From Gammaproteobacteria bacterium (lineage in GTDB: Bacteria; Pseudomonadota; Gammaproteobacteria; JAKDMP01), in the NCBI GenBank assembly GCA_027018875.1, contig JALUYA010000032.1, forward strand, positions 26,567-90,566: a DNA stretch of 64,000 nucleotides, written 5' to 3'. Shown here in pieces: positions 31,035-39,583 of this stretch (position 1 is the first letter of the stretch; each line of letters starts with the position of its first letter). Under the pieces are notes generated by a model that worked only from the letters and a program-made list of their open reading frames with translations, was not told the DNA's origin and searched no databases. Position numbers and translations under genes: made by a program.

Positions 31035-32981
31035 TTAAGGGGTTTTGGAACCGGACCCACCCGTGCCGGTATTGGAGCCGGAATTAGTCCCGAAGTAATT
31101 GCTCAGGTAGGTTCCCGTCTGCTGCAACTGCGCCAGCGTCTGTTCCATCTGGTTGAACTGCGCCTGCAGCAGTTGGGTTTGCGCCTGCACATTCTGCTGC
31201 AGGGTGGAGATGCGCTGGTTCAGGCTGTCTATCGTTGAATTGATGCTGTTGGTAGCCGCCACAATCGCCCCGTTTTGGGTATCGAGCACATTGCTCAACA
31301 GGGGGTTGAGCTGCTGGTAGAGCCCACTGGAAACCGTAACCGAACCGATATTCCCGGTGGCCGCGCTGGTCAGGTTCAAGTTCAGGCCATAGGCCGCCCC
31401 GGTCCCCGTTACCTGCGCCTGCTGGCCGGTTCCGGTGGTGGCCTGGCCATTGACCGTTGCGACCACATCCACCCCCGTGCCCGTCAGCGTGGTGGTGCCG
31501 ATCCCGCTTTGCCCGGCAGCCGGCTGGTTCGATACCACGCTAAACTGCTGGCTGCTGCCATAGGCGGTGCTGTACAGCTTCAGGTATCCATTGCTGTTTA
31601 CCGCGGTGAGCCCATCGAGTCCCTGCTGGGTAAGCGCCGCGTTGATATCGCTGACGATAGTTCCGATGGTGCTCCCCGCGGCCAACGTAACCCCGACCGA
31701 GGTGGTACCCGAAGTGACAGTAAGGGTCTCGCTCGCGGCGATACCGCTTGCCGGCACCGCGCTCGAGCCGGTCAGGCTCGCCTGGCTGGCGGGAGTGGTG
31801 ACATCCACCGCATAGGTACCGGGCTGAGTCTGATCCCCGGCGGACACATACTGGATGCCGCTGCCGGTACTCGATCCGATGCGCCCGAACAGCCCGGCAA
31901 CCGCCGTGAAATTGTCCTGCAGCGCCGTGGTCAGGGTCCCGCTATCGAGGCTGAGGGTGCCATCCTGATTGATTGTCAACCCCACCGAGCCCAGCCCATT
32001 GTACTGGCTGCCCAGCGGGACTCCCTGGCCGAACCCGCTAATAGCATTGAGCAACTGCGTGCGCACCGATTGCACTTCGGGGTTCCCCAGCAGCGGTCCG
32101 GCGGTCTGGGTCGTGGCGTCATACTTGGTCAGGTCGTTGATGGTATTCATCGCCCCGTTGAAAGCAGTGACAAAGTCCTGGACCGCCTTGACCACGCTGC
32201 CGACATCCTGGCTGACCGTCAACGTCGCCGAGCCCGGCTGCAGCAACTGGATAGTGAGCCCCGGAACCGTGCCGGAAAGGGTATTGGTGGTGGAAGTAAC
32301 CGCGATGCCGTTGATGGTGGCGGCCGCATCCTGGGCCGCCGCGCTTTCGGTCATATTCTTGGTGGTGGCGTTATAGTTCAGGTCGGCAAGGCTCCCGGTG
32401 GCTCCCGAGACCGTCACGGTAAAGGCATTGGCGGCACCCGGCTGGGTTCCCGCCAGGGTGAGCCGATAACCGCTGCCGTCGTAAATAACCGCCGCCCTGA
32501 CCCCGGCGCCGGCACCGTTAATGGCGCTGGCGATGCCGTTGAGCGTATCGTTCGAGTTGTCGATGCTCAGGCTGAGCGGACTCCCCGAACCAACCTGAAT
32601 CTGTAGTGTTCCCGTGCCGACAACGGTCTGGTCGGCACTGGCGAAAGCGGCCGAATAAAGATCCTGGGCCTGCGCCAAGGCGGTAACCGACAGAGAATAG
32701 GCTCCCGGCGAGGCGGTATTGTCCACCGTAGCGGTGGCCACACCGGTGTTGGAACTGCTCACCGAGCGCTGGCTTAGCGTATTGATATTCGCCAGTCCGC
32801 CCAGGCCACTCTGCAACTGCGCCAGGCCGCTCTTGAAATTACCCCAGGCAGTGAGCTGCGCATTCTCCTGGGCCACCTGGGACTGGAGCTGCTTGATCGG
32901 CGCCTGATAAATCTGGGTCAGTTTTTGAATCAACTGGCCGGTATTGATGCCACTGATGATCCCGGGGATGGAAACGGTCAT
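31035..32981 (-). CDS. fliD: flagellar filament capping protein FliD (HAP2)
   Basis: 648 aa; N-terminal MTVSIPGIISGINTGQLIQKLTQIYQAPIKQLQ and C-terminal ...QNVQAQTQLLQAQFNQMEQTLAQLQQTGTYL coiled-coil regions typical of FliD. Confidence 0.9.
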   Translation of the reverse strand: MTVSIPGIISGINTGQLIQKLTQIYQAPIKQLQSQVAQENAQLTAWGNFKSGLAQLQSGLGGLANINTLSQRSVSSSNTGVATATVDNTASPGAYSLSVTALAQAQDLYSAAFASADQTVVGTGTLQIQVGSGSPLSLSIDNSNDTLNGIASAINGAGAGVRAAVIYDGSGYRLTLAGTQPGAANAFTVTVSGATGSLADLNYNATTKNMTESAAAQDAAATINGIAVTSTTNTLSGTVPGLTIQLLQPGSATLTVSQDVGSVVKAVQDFVTAFNGAMNTINDLTKYDATTQTAGPLLGNPEVQSVRTQLLNAISGFGQGVPLGSQYNGLGSVGLTINQDGTLSLDSGTLTTALQDNFTAVAGLFGRIGSSTGSGIQYVSAGDQTQPGTYAVDVTTPASQASLTGSSAVPASGIAASETLTVTSGTTSVGVTLAAGSTIGTIVSDINAALTQQGLDGLTAVNSNGYLKLYSTAYGSSQQFSVVSNQPAAGQSGIGTTTLTGTGVDVVATVNGQATTGTGQQAQVTGTGAAYGLNLNLTSAATGNIGSVTVSSGLYQQLNPLLSNVLDTQNGAIVAATNSINSTIDSLNQRISTLQQNVQAQTQLLQAQFNQMEQTLAQLQQTGTYLSNYFGTNSGSNTGTGGSGSKTP

Positions 32982-32992
32982 TCAAGTTCTCC

Positions 32993-33445
32993 TCAAATCT
33001 TCGAATCCACAAATAACCCTGAACCCATGCCGTTGACCACCAGGCGCGCCACCACGGGCGAGGCCTGATCGGGCGGAATCCGAAAATAGACCTGGTGGGT
33101 CATGCGGTCTATCAACTGCAACACGATCCCGCTCCCTCCCTTGGCCCCGGATTCGCCGAGTCCGACCTGCAGTACCACGGCCGATCGTGGTGGGAAATGG
33201 GCCTGTACCTGCCTTGCCAATGCCTCGGCATGACGCAGTTCAGCCGCGGACGGAGCCGCGGATAGCGGGGACCGCCGGGCGCTCCGCGGGGCGCGTGCCC
33301 TCCCGTCGTCACGCTTGGTCTCCGACGCGATAACGGCTGTTCGGACGCCGCGGCGCGGAGCCTGGCCGGCAACGGCGGCGCCCGCGCGCGGTACCCCCGC
33401 TGCCGTGGGTTGCGGTGCGGGTTGAATGGTCACGGCATGAATCAT
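32993..33445 (-). CDS. flaG: flagellar protein FlaG
   Basis: 150 aa; C-terminal ...VLQLIDRMTHQVYFRIPPDQASPVVARL matches FlaG family core; position between fliC and fliD. Confidence 0.7.
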   Translation of the reverse strand: MIHAVTIQPAPQPTAAGVPRAGAAVAGQAPRRGVRTAVIASETKRDDGRARAPRSARRSPLSAAPSAAELRHAEALARQVQAHFPPRSAVVLQVGLGESGAKGGSGIVLQLIDRMTHQVYFRIPPDQASPVVARLVVNGMGSGLFVDSKI

Positions 33446-33463
33446 GGCGCAATCCCGGTAAAC

Positions 33464-33496
33464 CTACGGGGCTCCGGATATACCGGAACCCCGTAG
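33464..33496 (-). terminator. stem-loop downstream of fliC (candidate terminator)
   Basis: CTACGGGG...CCCCGTAG 8-bp stem with internal TCCGGATATACCGGA near-palindrome, ~20 nt after fliC stop; only a weak T-run follows. Confidence 0.4.
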
Positions 33497-33514
33497 TAGC
33501 CATGGCGGCCCGAC

Positions 33515-34990
33515 TCAGGGCAGCAGCTTGAGGAAGCTCTGCTGCAATGCATTGGCCTGCGCCAGGGTGGAAATACCCGCCTGTTGCAGAATCTGCTCGC
33601 GGGTCAACTGCGATGTGACCTGGGCGATATTGGCATCCTGGACCGTGGAACGCGCCGCGGTCAGGTTGGTCGCCGCCGTCTGCAAGTTGCTGGTGATGCT
33701 CTGAATGCGGTTTTGTATCGCGCCCAGTTGCCCCCCCTGCTGGTTGAGTGCCGAGATCGCAAAATCGACGATGCTGATCGCCTTGTTGGCTCCCTGCACC
33801 GTGCCGACATTCACGCTCGACACACTTTGCAACGTGCTCGCCGACGTTATCCCGATATTGCTGGCGCCGGAGGTGATCGCAAAGCCCTGGGTGGATTGCG
33901 CCGTCACCAGGCCCTGGAATAACCCGGTAGCGGATCCCGAGGTGATCGCGGTTCCCGTCCCGCCGGACGCCACCGCCGTCAAGCTGGTTCCGCTGACGCC
34001 GGTAAAGCCGGTGATGGAGATGTTCGCACCATTGGACTGGGTCAAAACCAGGTTGCCGTTGGCGTCCTCGCTCGCGGCGATACCGGTGGTGGCCGTGTTA
34101 TCGTTGACCGAGCTGATCAGCCCCTGCAGGTTGGTCGCGGTGATATTGACCGTATTCGTCTGCGCGGCGGTCGTACCGTTGCCCAATGTGAAGCTGATCG
34201 AGCTGCCGTTGAAGTTCGCCGTAAATGCAACGCTGGTCTTCGCCGCGGCGCTGACCCCGGTGTTCTCGGTCACCGCGTTGATGGAGGCGGCAATGCTTTG
34301 TGCGGACTCCGTCGCGGCGGTCACCGTGACGCTCTGGGTGCCGGTGGAGCCGGCAATCGTGACCGCCCCCGAGGTGAATGCCCCACCCGAGGTGGTCCCG
34401 GTAAAGGCCAGCCCATTCACCGTCGAACCCGACGTGCCACCGAACAGGGTGCTCCCTGCACCGGTTTCATTCACCCCGATCGACTTCGCGCTGGCATTGG
34501 CGATCGAAACATTGAGGATCTGGTTGGCGTTGGCGCCCACCTGAAACTGCTCGCCGGCAAAGTTCCCGTTCAAGATGTTCTGGCCGTTGAACTGGGTCTG
34601 CTGGGCGATGGTGTTGACCTGCGCGGTGAGTTGCCCCACCACGTTTTGCAGCGCCTGGCGGTCGGTGACGCTGTTCGAGCCGTTGGCCGCCTGCACCGCG
34701 ATGGTGCGGATCTTCTGCAGAATGTTGGTCTGCTGCTGAATGGCGCCGGTGGCGGTCTGGACCAGCGAAACGGCCTGGTTGGCATTGGAAATCGCCTGGT
34801 TCACCCCGTTAAGCTGGGTGGTGAACCGTTGCGCAATCGCGTAGCCGGCCGGATTGTCCGCCGGGCTGTTGATCTTCAGGCCCGTGGACAATTCCTCGAC
34901 CGCCCGATTCAAACCGGCGGCGGTGTTGTTGAGGGCGTTGCGTGCGAACAGCGCCCCCAGGTTGGTGTTGATTACCCCTGAAACTGCCAT
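33515..34990 (-). CDS. fliC: flagellin FliC
   Basis: 491 aa; conserved N-term INTNLGALFARNALNNTAAGLNRAVEELSTGLKINSPADNPAGYAIAQRF and C-term TREQILQQAGISTLAQANALQQSFLKLLP; Thr/Ser/Gly-rich variable middle; AAGGAG RBS 8 nt before ATG. Confidence 0.9.
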   Translation of the reverse strand: MAVSGVINTNLGALFARNALNNTAAGLNRAVEELSTGLKINSPADNPAGYAIAQRFTTQLNGVNQAISNANQAVSLVQTATGAIQQQTNILQKIRTIAVQAANGSNSVTDRQALQNVVGQLTAQVNTIAQQTQFNGQNILNGNFAGEQFQVGANANQILNVSIANASAKSIGVNETGAGSTLFGGTSGSTVNGLAFTGTTSGGAFTSGAVTIAGSTGTQSVTVTAATESAQSIAASINAVTENTGVSAAAKTSVAFTANFNGSSISFTLGNGTTAAQTNTVNITATNLQGLISSVNDNTATTGIAASEDANGNLVLTQSNGANISITGFTGVSGTSLTAVASGGTGTAITSGSATGLFQGLVTAQSTQGFAITSGASNIGITSASTLQSVSSVNVGTVQGANKAISIVDFAISALNQQGGQLGAIQNRIQSITSNLQTAATNLTAARSTVQDANIAQVTSQLTREQILQQAGISTLAQANALQQSFLKLLP

Positions 34991-35005
34991 GATTTCGCTC
35001 CTTAC

Positions 35006-38000
35006 TTAAGCGTTATATCGGCGTACCTGCCGGGATTCAATGGCGGGCGCCTCGCCCGCATCCCCTTTAACGGCACCCCGCGCGGGGACTTTAGAGCCCG
35101 GCAGCCAGGCGCCCAGCACCTCCTCCAGGTGATCCTCCAACAACCAGCGTTCGCGCACCAGCCGCTGCAGTTCACGCCCCTGCGCCGCGAGCGCCTCGGG
35201 CTCGGCCAGGCGTTCGCGGATGGCGCGGATCCAGTCGCGGCGGCGCGGACCCACCCGCGTGAGCGGCAACGCCCCCCGGTAGGCGACGACATCGCTGGCG
35301 ATCACCGGGTAGCCGCAGGCGCCATACTCGAGCAGGCGCAGGTTACTCTTGGCGGCATTGAATGGAGAGGCGGTGAGCGGCGCCAACGCGAGATCGAGCG
35401 CCAGCGCCCGCAGCGCCCGGGGGTAGGCGCCCAGCGGCACCGCCGGGTGTAACTCCTTCACGTAGCGCCGCAGCGGTTCGGGGCACATGCCGAAGAACAC
35501 CCAGTCCACCTCCCGCGCCAGGGCCTCGACCACGCCGGCGATCAGGGCCAGGTCGCCCGCATGGCCGATACCACCGGCCCAGCCGACACGGGGCCGGCGG
35601 GAGCCTATCGGCGCGGGAGGATCGAACGCCCCCCAAACGCTACGCGGCAGATAATTCGGCCTCACGACCACCTCCGGAGCCAAGTGCCCATAGGCCTCGG
35701 CCAGTGGCTCGGTGGCCACCACCAGGCGGTCACAGAGGCCCACGGCATCGCGCAAGCGGCGCATGATGTCGGCGGGAATCGTGCTTCGGTGGGCACTGGT
35801 AAGCGGCAGGTTGGAAATCAGATCATCCAGCTCGTAGCTGAGAAACGCCCGGCCGGTGCGACGATAGCGGCGGATCGCCTCGATCTGGTGATCCTCGAGC
35901 TGGCGCTGCAGCAGCACCGCCTGGGGTTGGACGCGCTCGATCTCGACCGCGTTGAGGGGAAGTTCGAAGCTCGCCTGCGCCTCGGCCAGCCCGGCGCCCA
36001 CCAGGGCCCGCGCCGGGGCCAGCACCCGGTACTCGCCGCAGCCCTGCCGATCCGCCGGGTGGCACAGGATCCGTGGCGGCGCCACCCGCGCCAGGTACCG
36101 CGGCGCCGGCAGTGCCGCCTCGGGCGTAAACCCCTTCCCGCGCAAACTAAGGTTTGGGTTATAGACCGGATCGGCCGCGATCCGCGGCAACCAGCGCGAC
36201 AGCATCACCCTGGATTCCTCACCAAACTGCGCCGACTGCCGGGTAGCGGAAACGCCTTCAACCTGGGATCGCTGGCTTTTCGAGCCTTCGTGAAGCAGGG
36301 TTGCATAGGGGGTATAGACCACGCGGCGGCCGCGGCGACGCAACTTGAGGCACAGGTCCACATCATTGAAAGCCACGGCCAGGTCGTCCTCATCCATGCC
36401 GCCCACAGCCAGGTAGTCCGCCCGGGAAAGCAGCAGGCAGGCCGCCGTGACCGCCGAGTAATCCTGGGCCAGCCGCGCCCGCCCGAAGTAACCGGGCGCA
36501 TCCGCCGCCAATCCGAGGAACGGATGATCCGCCGGCGCGCCGTCGCCGATGCCGAGCACCACCCCCGCGTGCTGCACCCGACCGCCGGGAAACAACAGCC
36601 GGGCGCCGACCGCGCCGACCCCGGGCTGCAGCACCCGGGCCAGCATCTCCCGCAGCCAGTCAGAATGCAGGGCCGCCGTGTCGTTGTTGAGCAACAGCAG
36701 GTATTCGCCCCGGGCGGCGGCGGCCCCGCGGTTGATCATGGCACTGAAGTTGAAGGGCCCGGGACAGGGCAAAACCCGCAGCTTCCCGTCGAGTTCCCGC
36801 GCCGCCGCGATCAGCCCGTCGAGGTACTGCCGGGCCTCGGGCTCTCGGCTGTCGTTGTCGAGCACGATCACCTCGAGGTCGGGATAGTCGGTGGCGCCGA
36901 GCAGGATTTCCAGGCAGCGCTGCAACTGCCCCACCTCGTCCCGCGTGGGAATCAGGATGGAAACCGGCGGTGTCCGCGGCAACGGGTAACACACCCGGAA
37001 GCTCGCCGGAAAGGGCCCGTCCCGGACGGTCGCGCCGGCGGCGGTGCGCGCCAGGTGCGCGCCGAGGGCGGCCCGCGCCGCCGCGATCATCTCCTCGATG
37101 CTCACTGCGCAGCGACGGGACTGGGCGTCGCGGTGATACAGAATATCCGGCAGGTGCACCAGGGTATCGCCCCCGGTATGCTCCCAGACTCGTAGCGCAA
37201 GATCGTAATCCTCGGCGCCGGGGTAGCGGTCATCCCAGCCCAGGTCCCCCAGAACGTCCTGGCGCACCAGCATCACCCCCCCCAGGTAGGGCATGCTGCG
37301 CAGCAGTTCGGGGTTGAAATCCGGCTTGTAGTGCGGGTTGACCCGCTGCCCCGAAGCCTCCAGCGTGTCCTCGTCGCTATAGAGCAGGGTCGCCCGCGGG
37401 TGTTCGGCGAGAAACCGGCGGCATAACCCGACCGCCTCCGGGTGCAGCCGGTCGCCGGCCTCGAGCAGCCCCACCCAGTGCTGCGGGTTGCGTGGCAATC
37501 CCGCGGAAAACGAATGCAGGGAAGCTTTTCCTGCGATCCGCCATTGGATCCGGGGGTCGGCCGCAACCTCATCCGCCGCCGGGCCGGCGGCCAGCACCGT
37601 CAGCCGCCAGTGACCATCGCCCTGGGCCAGCAAGCTGGCGACCGAGGCCCGGGCCGCTTTCTCACGCCCCGCAAGAGCGATACAGACCAGGTGAACCGCT
37701 CCCGCCCCGGCGGGAGCGGGGCTCGCCCGGACCGCCCGCTGCCACACGGCTTGATGCGCCCGCCACCGCGCATAGGCATCGGGCTCCGCCGCCTGCGCCC
37801 GGATGAAGGCCTCCCCCGCCTCGCGACACCAGTCCAACCCGGCGGAACGGTGACCGGGATGGTGCGCCTCTTCCACCAGGCAGCGCCAGGTTTCATACGC
37901 CGGATCGAGTGCCCCCGGCGCGGGCGCCGCCGCCCCGTCGCCGTGATGCCTCCAGGCCCCGTGCACCGCGGCCGCCGCCCGTTCGCGATCCAGTCCGGGA

Positions 38001-39583
38001 AGATCCAGCGCCGCCAGGGTGGCCCCCGGATCGCGCACCAAATCCTCGTACACCACGACCACCCGCGCCAGATCCGCCGTGTCCCGTTCGATCGCCAGCA
38101 TGTGCTCCAGCCACAGTGCCAGCGCCTGCTCGCGCTCCATGCCGTCGCGGCGGGCGAGCGAGGCGGCCACCGCCTCCGGGTGACGCACCACCACCACCGC
38201 CATTACCCGCGCGGCCGCCGCCTCGAGCAACGGCTTCCAGAACGGCAACAGACGCGCCATCCGCGGCTCCTTGAGGCCCCATAAACCGGTTCGTGCAACG
38301 GCTCGCGTGAGCGCCATGCGCGCCGCCGGGCAATAGGGCGCAAGGCCCGCGAGGGCCGCAGGATCGAGGTCCAGGCCCGGCGCGTCCCAGCGGCCGCCGC
38401 GCGCCGCAAGCAGCGCCTCGTCGATCTCCAGCAGCGACAGCGCCTCGTGATAGCCGCCCGGATTATCGGCCTGGGGCGGCAATTGTTCCGTCCCGAAATC
38501 GATGCCACCGGCCTCCAGCGCCGCGGCCATCGCCGAGGTGCCGCCGCGGTGCATACCCAGCACCACGACGGCGTGCCCGCGCCGGGCGCCGGGATGCCAG
38601 GCCTCCCGGGCGCGGGCGAAACTCTCCAGGTGCCCCGCCGTGCTTGCGGCCCAGGTATAACCCGACACCTGCTCCCGCCCGGCCCGGGCCAGCTCCTCGC
38701 GCCGCCCGCGCGACTCGCTCAACTGCCGCAACGCGGTGCCAATCCCCACCGGGTCGCGCGGATCGAAGCGCAGGTAAGCCTCGCCGTAGAGTTCGCGTAG
38801 CGCCGCTATATCGGCCGCCGCGACCGGACAGCCACAGGCCATCGCCTCGGCCACCGGCAAGGCGAAGGTCTCGTGCAGCGACGGGCACACCAGCGCCACC
38901 GCGGAGCGGTAGTAGGCGGCAAGATCCGCCGCGTCGAGCGCGCGGGCGATCAGGCGCACCCCCGCGGGGAGCGCGGGCCCGGCATAACCCGGCAGCACCA
39001 GGGTCAGCGGCAGCCGCCCACTAGCGGGCAGCCGGCACCAGGCATCGACCAGGCGGGCAATGTTCTTCTTCGGCTGCCACTGGGCCACGCAGAGCAGCCC
39101 GACCGCTTCCTCCCGCACCCGGCCGGCGGGCGTATAGACCCCTTGATCGATCCCGTGCGGGACGACATCGATTCGCGCCGCGGGAAAGCCGAGGTGGTGC
39201 ATCGCCTCGGCGGCCGCCGCCCGCGAGGGCGTGATCAGCCGATCGATGCGCCAGCGCCGCTGTACCCACGCAGCCAACTGGTGCAGTTGGCCCGCGGTAC
39301 CCCTCGCGGCCGCCGCCGGCGTGGCGTAGTAATCCTCGGGCGGAAGCGCCAACGGCCCGACCCCATGCAGGGTCACCACGGTGGGGCGGGCCGCCTCGAG
39401 CGGCGGTAACGCCCGGGGAAACAACCCACCGGCACAGTAGGGATCCCAGTACAGCTCGCCATCCCCGCCGGGGTGGACCTCGATCCCGCCTTCGCCGAGC
39501 CCGGCAACGATCCGGTCCCGGTAGACCGCGAGACTCAGGGGCACCGGCCCGGGCGCGGGCGCAAGCGTGATCCGTGCGGTCAT
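35006..39583 (-). CDS. 1525-aa multidomain glycosyltransferase: GT4 (GT-B) - sulfotransferase-like P-loop domain - GT2 - GT2 - C-terminal GT-B domain; predicted flagellin glycan assembly enzyme
   Basis: Single uninterrupted ORF. aa 1-330 GT4-like (ETFALPVAEAMACGCPVAAAD). aa ~335-545 sulfotransferase-like (5'PSB-like VLGMHRGGTS, 3'PB-like VVRHPEAVAASL). aa ~600-830 GT2 (LYSDED). aa ~860-1090 canonical GT2 (VSILIPTRD, DNDS, NNDT, GGMDE...AFNDVDLCLKLRRRG). C-terminus GT-B (EYGACGYPVIASD). Sits between flgL and fliC. Confidence 0.8.
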   Translation of the reverse strand: MTARITLAPAPGPVPLSLAVYRDRIVAGLGEGGIEVHPGGDGELYWDPYCAGGLFPRALPPLEAARPTVVTLHGVGPLALPPEDYYATPAAAARGTAGQLHQLAAWVQRRWRIDRLITPSRAAAAEAMHHLGFPAARIDVVPHGIDQGVYTPAGRVREEAVGLLCVAQWQPKKNIARLVDAWCRLPASGRLPLTLVLPGYAGPALPAGVRLIARALDAADLAAYYRSAVALVCPSLHETFALPVAEAMACGCPVAAADIAALRELYGEAYLRFDPRDPVGIGTALRQLSESRGRREELARAGREQVSGYTWAASTAGHLESFARAREAWHPGARRGHAVVVLGMHRGGTSAMAAALEAGGIDFGTEQLPPQADNPGGYHEALSLLEIDEALLAARGGRWDAPGLDLDPAALAGLAPYCPAARMALTRAVARTGLWGLKEPRMARLLPFWKPLLEAAAARVMAVVVVRHPEAVAASLARRDGMEREQALALWLEHMLAIERDTADLARVVVVYEDLVRDPGATLAALDLPGLDRERAAAAVHGAWRHHGDGAAAPAPGALDPAYETWRCLVEEAHHPGHRSAGLDWCREAGEAFIRAQAAEPDAYARWRAHQAVWQRAVRASPAPAGAGAVHLVCIALAGREKAARASVASLLAQGDGHWRLTVLAAGPAADEVAADPRIQWRIAGKASLHSFSAGLPRNPQHWVGLLEAGDRLHPEAVGLCRRFLAEHPRATLLYSDEDTLEASGQRVNPHYKPDFNPELLRSMPYLGGVMLVRQDVLGDLGWDDRYPGAEDYDLALRVWEHTGGDTLVHLPDILYHRDAQSRRCAVSIEEMIAAARAALGAHLARTAAGATVRDGPFPASFRVCYPLPRTPPVSILIPTRDEVGQLQRCLEILLGATDYPDLEVIVLDNDSREPEARQYLDGLIAAARELDGKLRVLPCPGPFNFSAMINRGAAAARGEYLLLLNNDTAALHSDWLREMLARVLQPGVGAVGARLLFPGGRVQHAGVVLGIGDGAPADHPFLGLAADAPGYFGRARLAQDYSAVTAACLLLSRADYLAVGGMDEDDLAVAFNDVDLCLKLRRRGRRVVYTPYATLLHEGSKSQRSQVEGVSATRQSAQFGEESRVMLSRWLPRIAADPVYNPNLSLRGKGFTPEAALPAPRYLARVAPPRILCHPADRQGCGEYRVLAPARALVGAGLAEAQASFELPLNAVEIERVQPQAVLLQRQLEDHQIEAIRRYRRTGRAFLSYELDDLISNLPLTSAHRSTIPADIMRRLRDAVGLCDRLVVATEPLAEAYGHLAPEVVVRPNYLPRSVWGAFDPPAPIGSRRPRVGWAGGIGHAGDLALIAGVVEALAREVDWVFFGMCPEPLRRYVKELHPAVPLGAYPRALRALALDLALAPLTASPFNAAKSNLRLLEYGACGYPVIASDVVAYRGALPLTRVGPRRRDWIRAIRERLAEPEALAAQGRELQRLVRERWLLEDHLEEVLGAWLPGSKVPARGAVKGDAGEAPAIESRQVRRYNA
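35015..35045 (-). promoter_or_regulatory. possible sigma28-type -10 element (GCCGATAT) for fliC embedded in the 3' end of the glycosyltransferase ORF
   Basis: Minus strand reads ...TTGAATCC-N11-GCCGATAT-AACGCTTAAGTAAGGAGCGAAATC-ATG; -10 matches GCCGATAA 7/8, -35 weak; only 15 bp separate the GT stop and fliC ATG. Confidence 0.3.
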
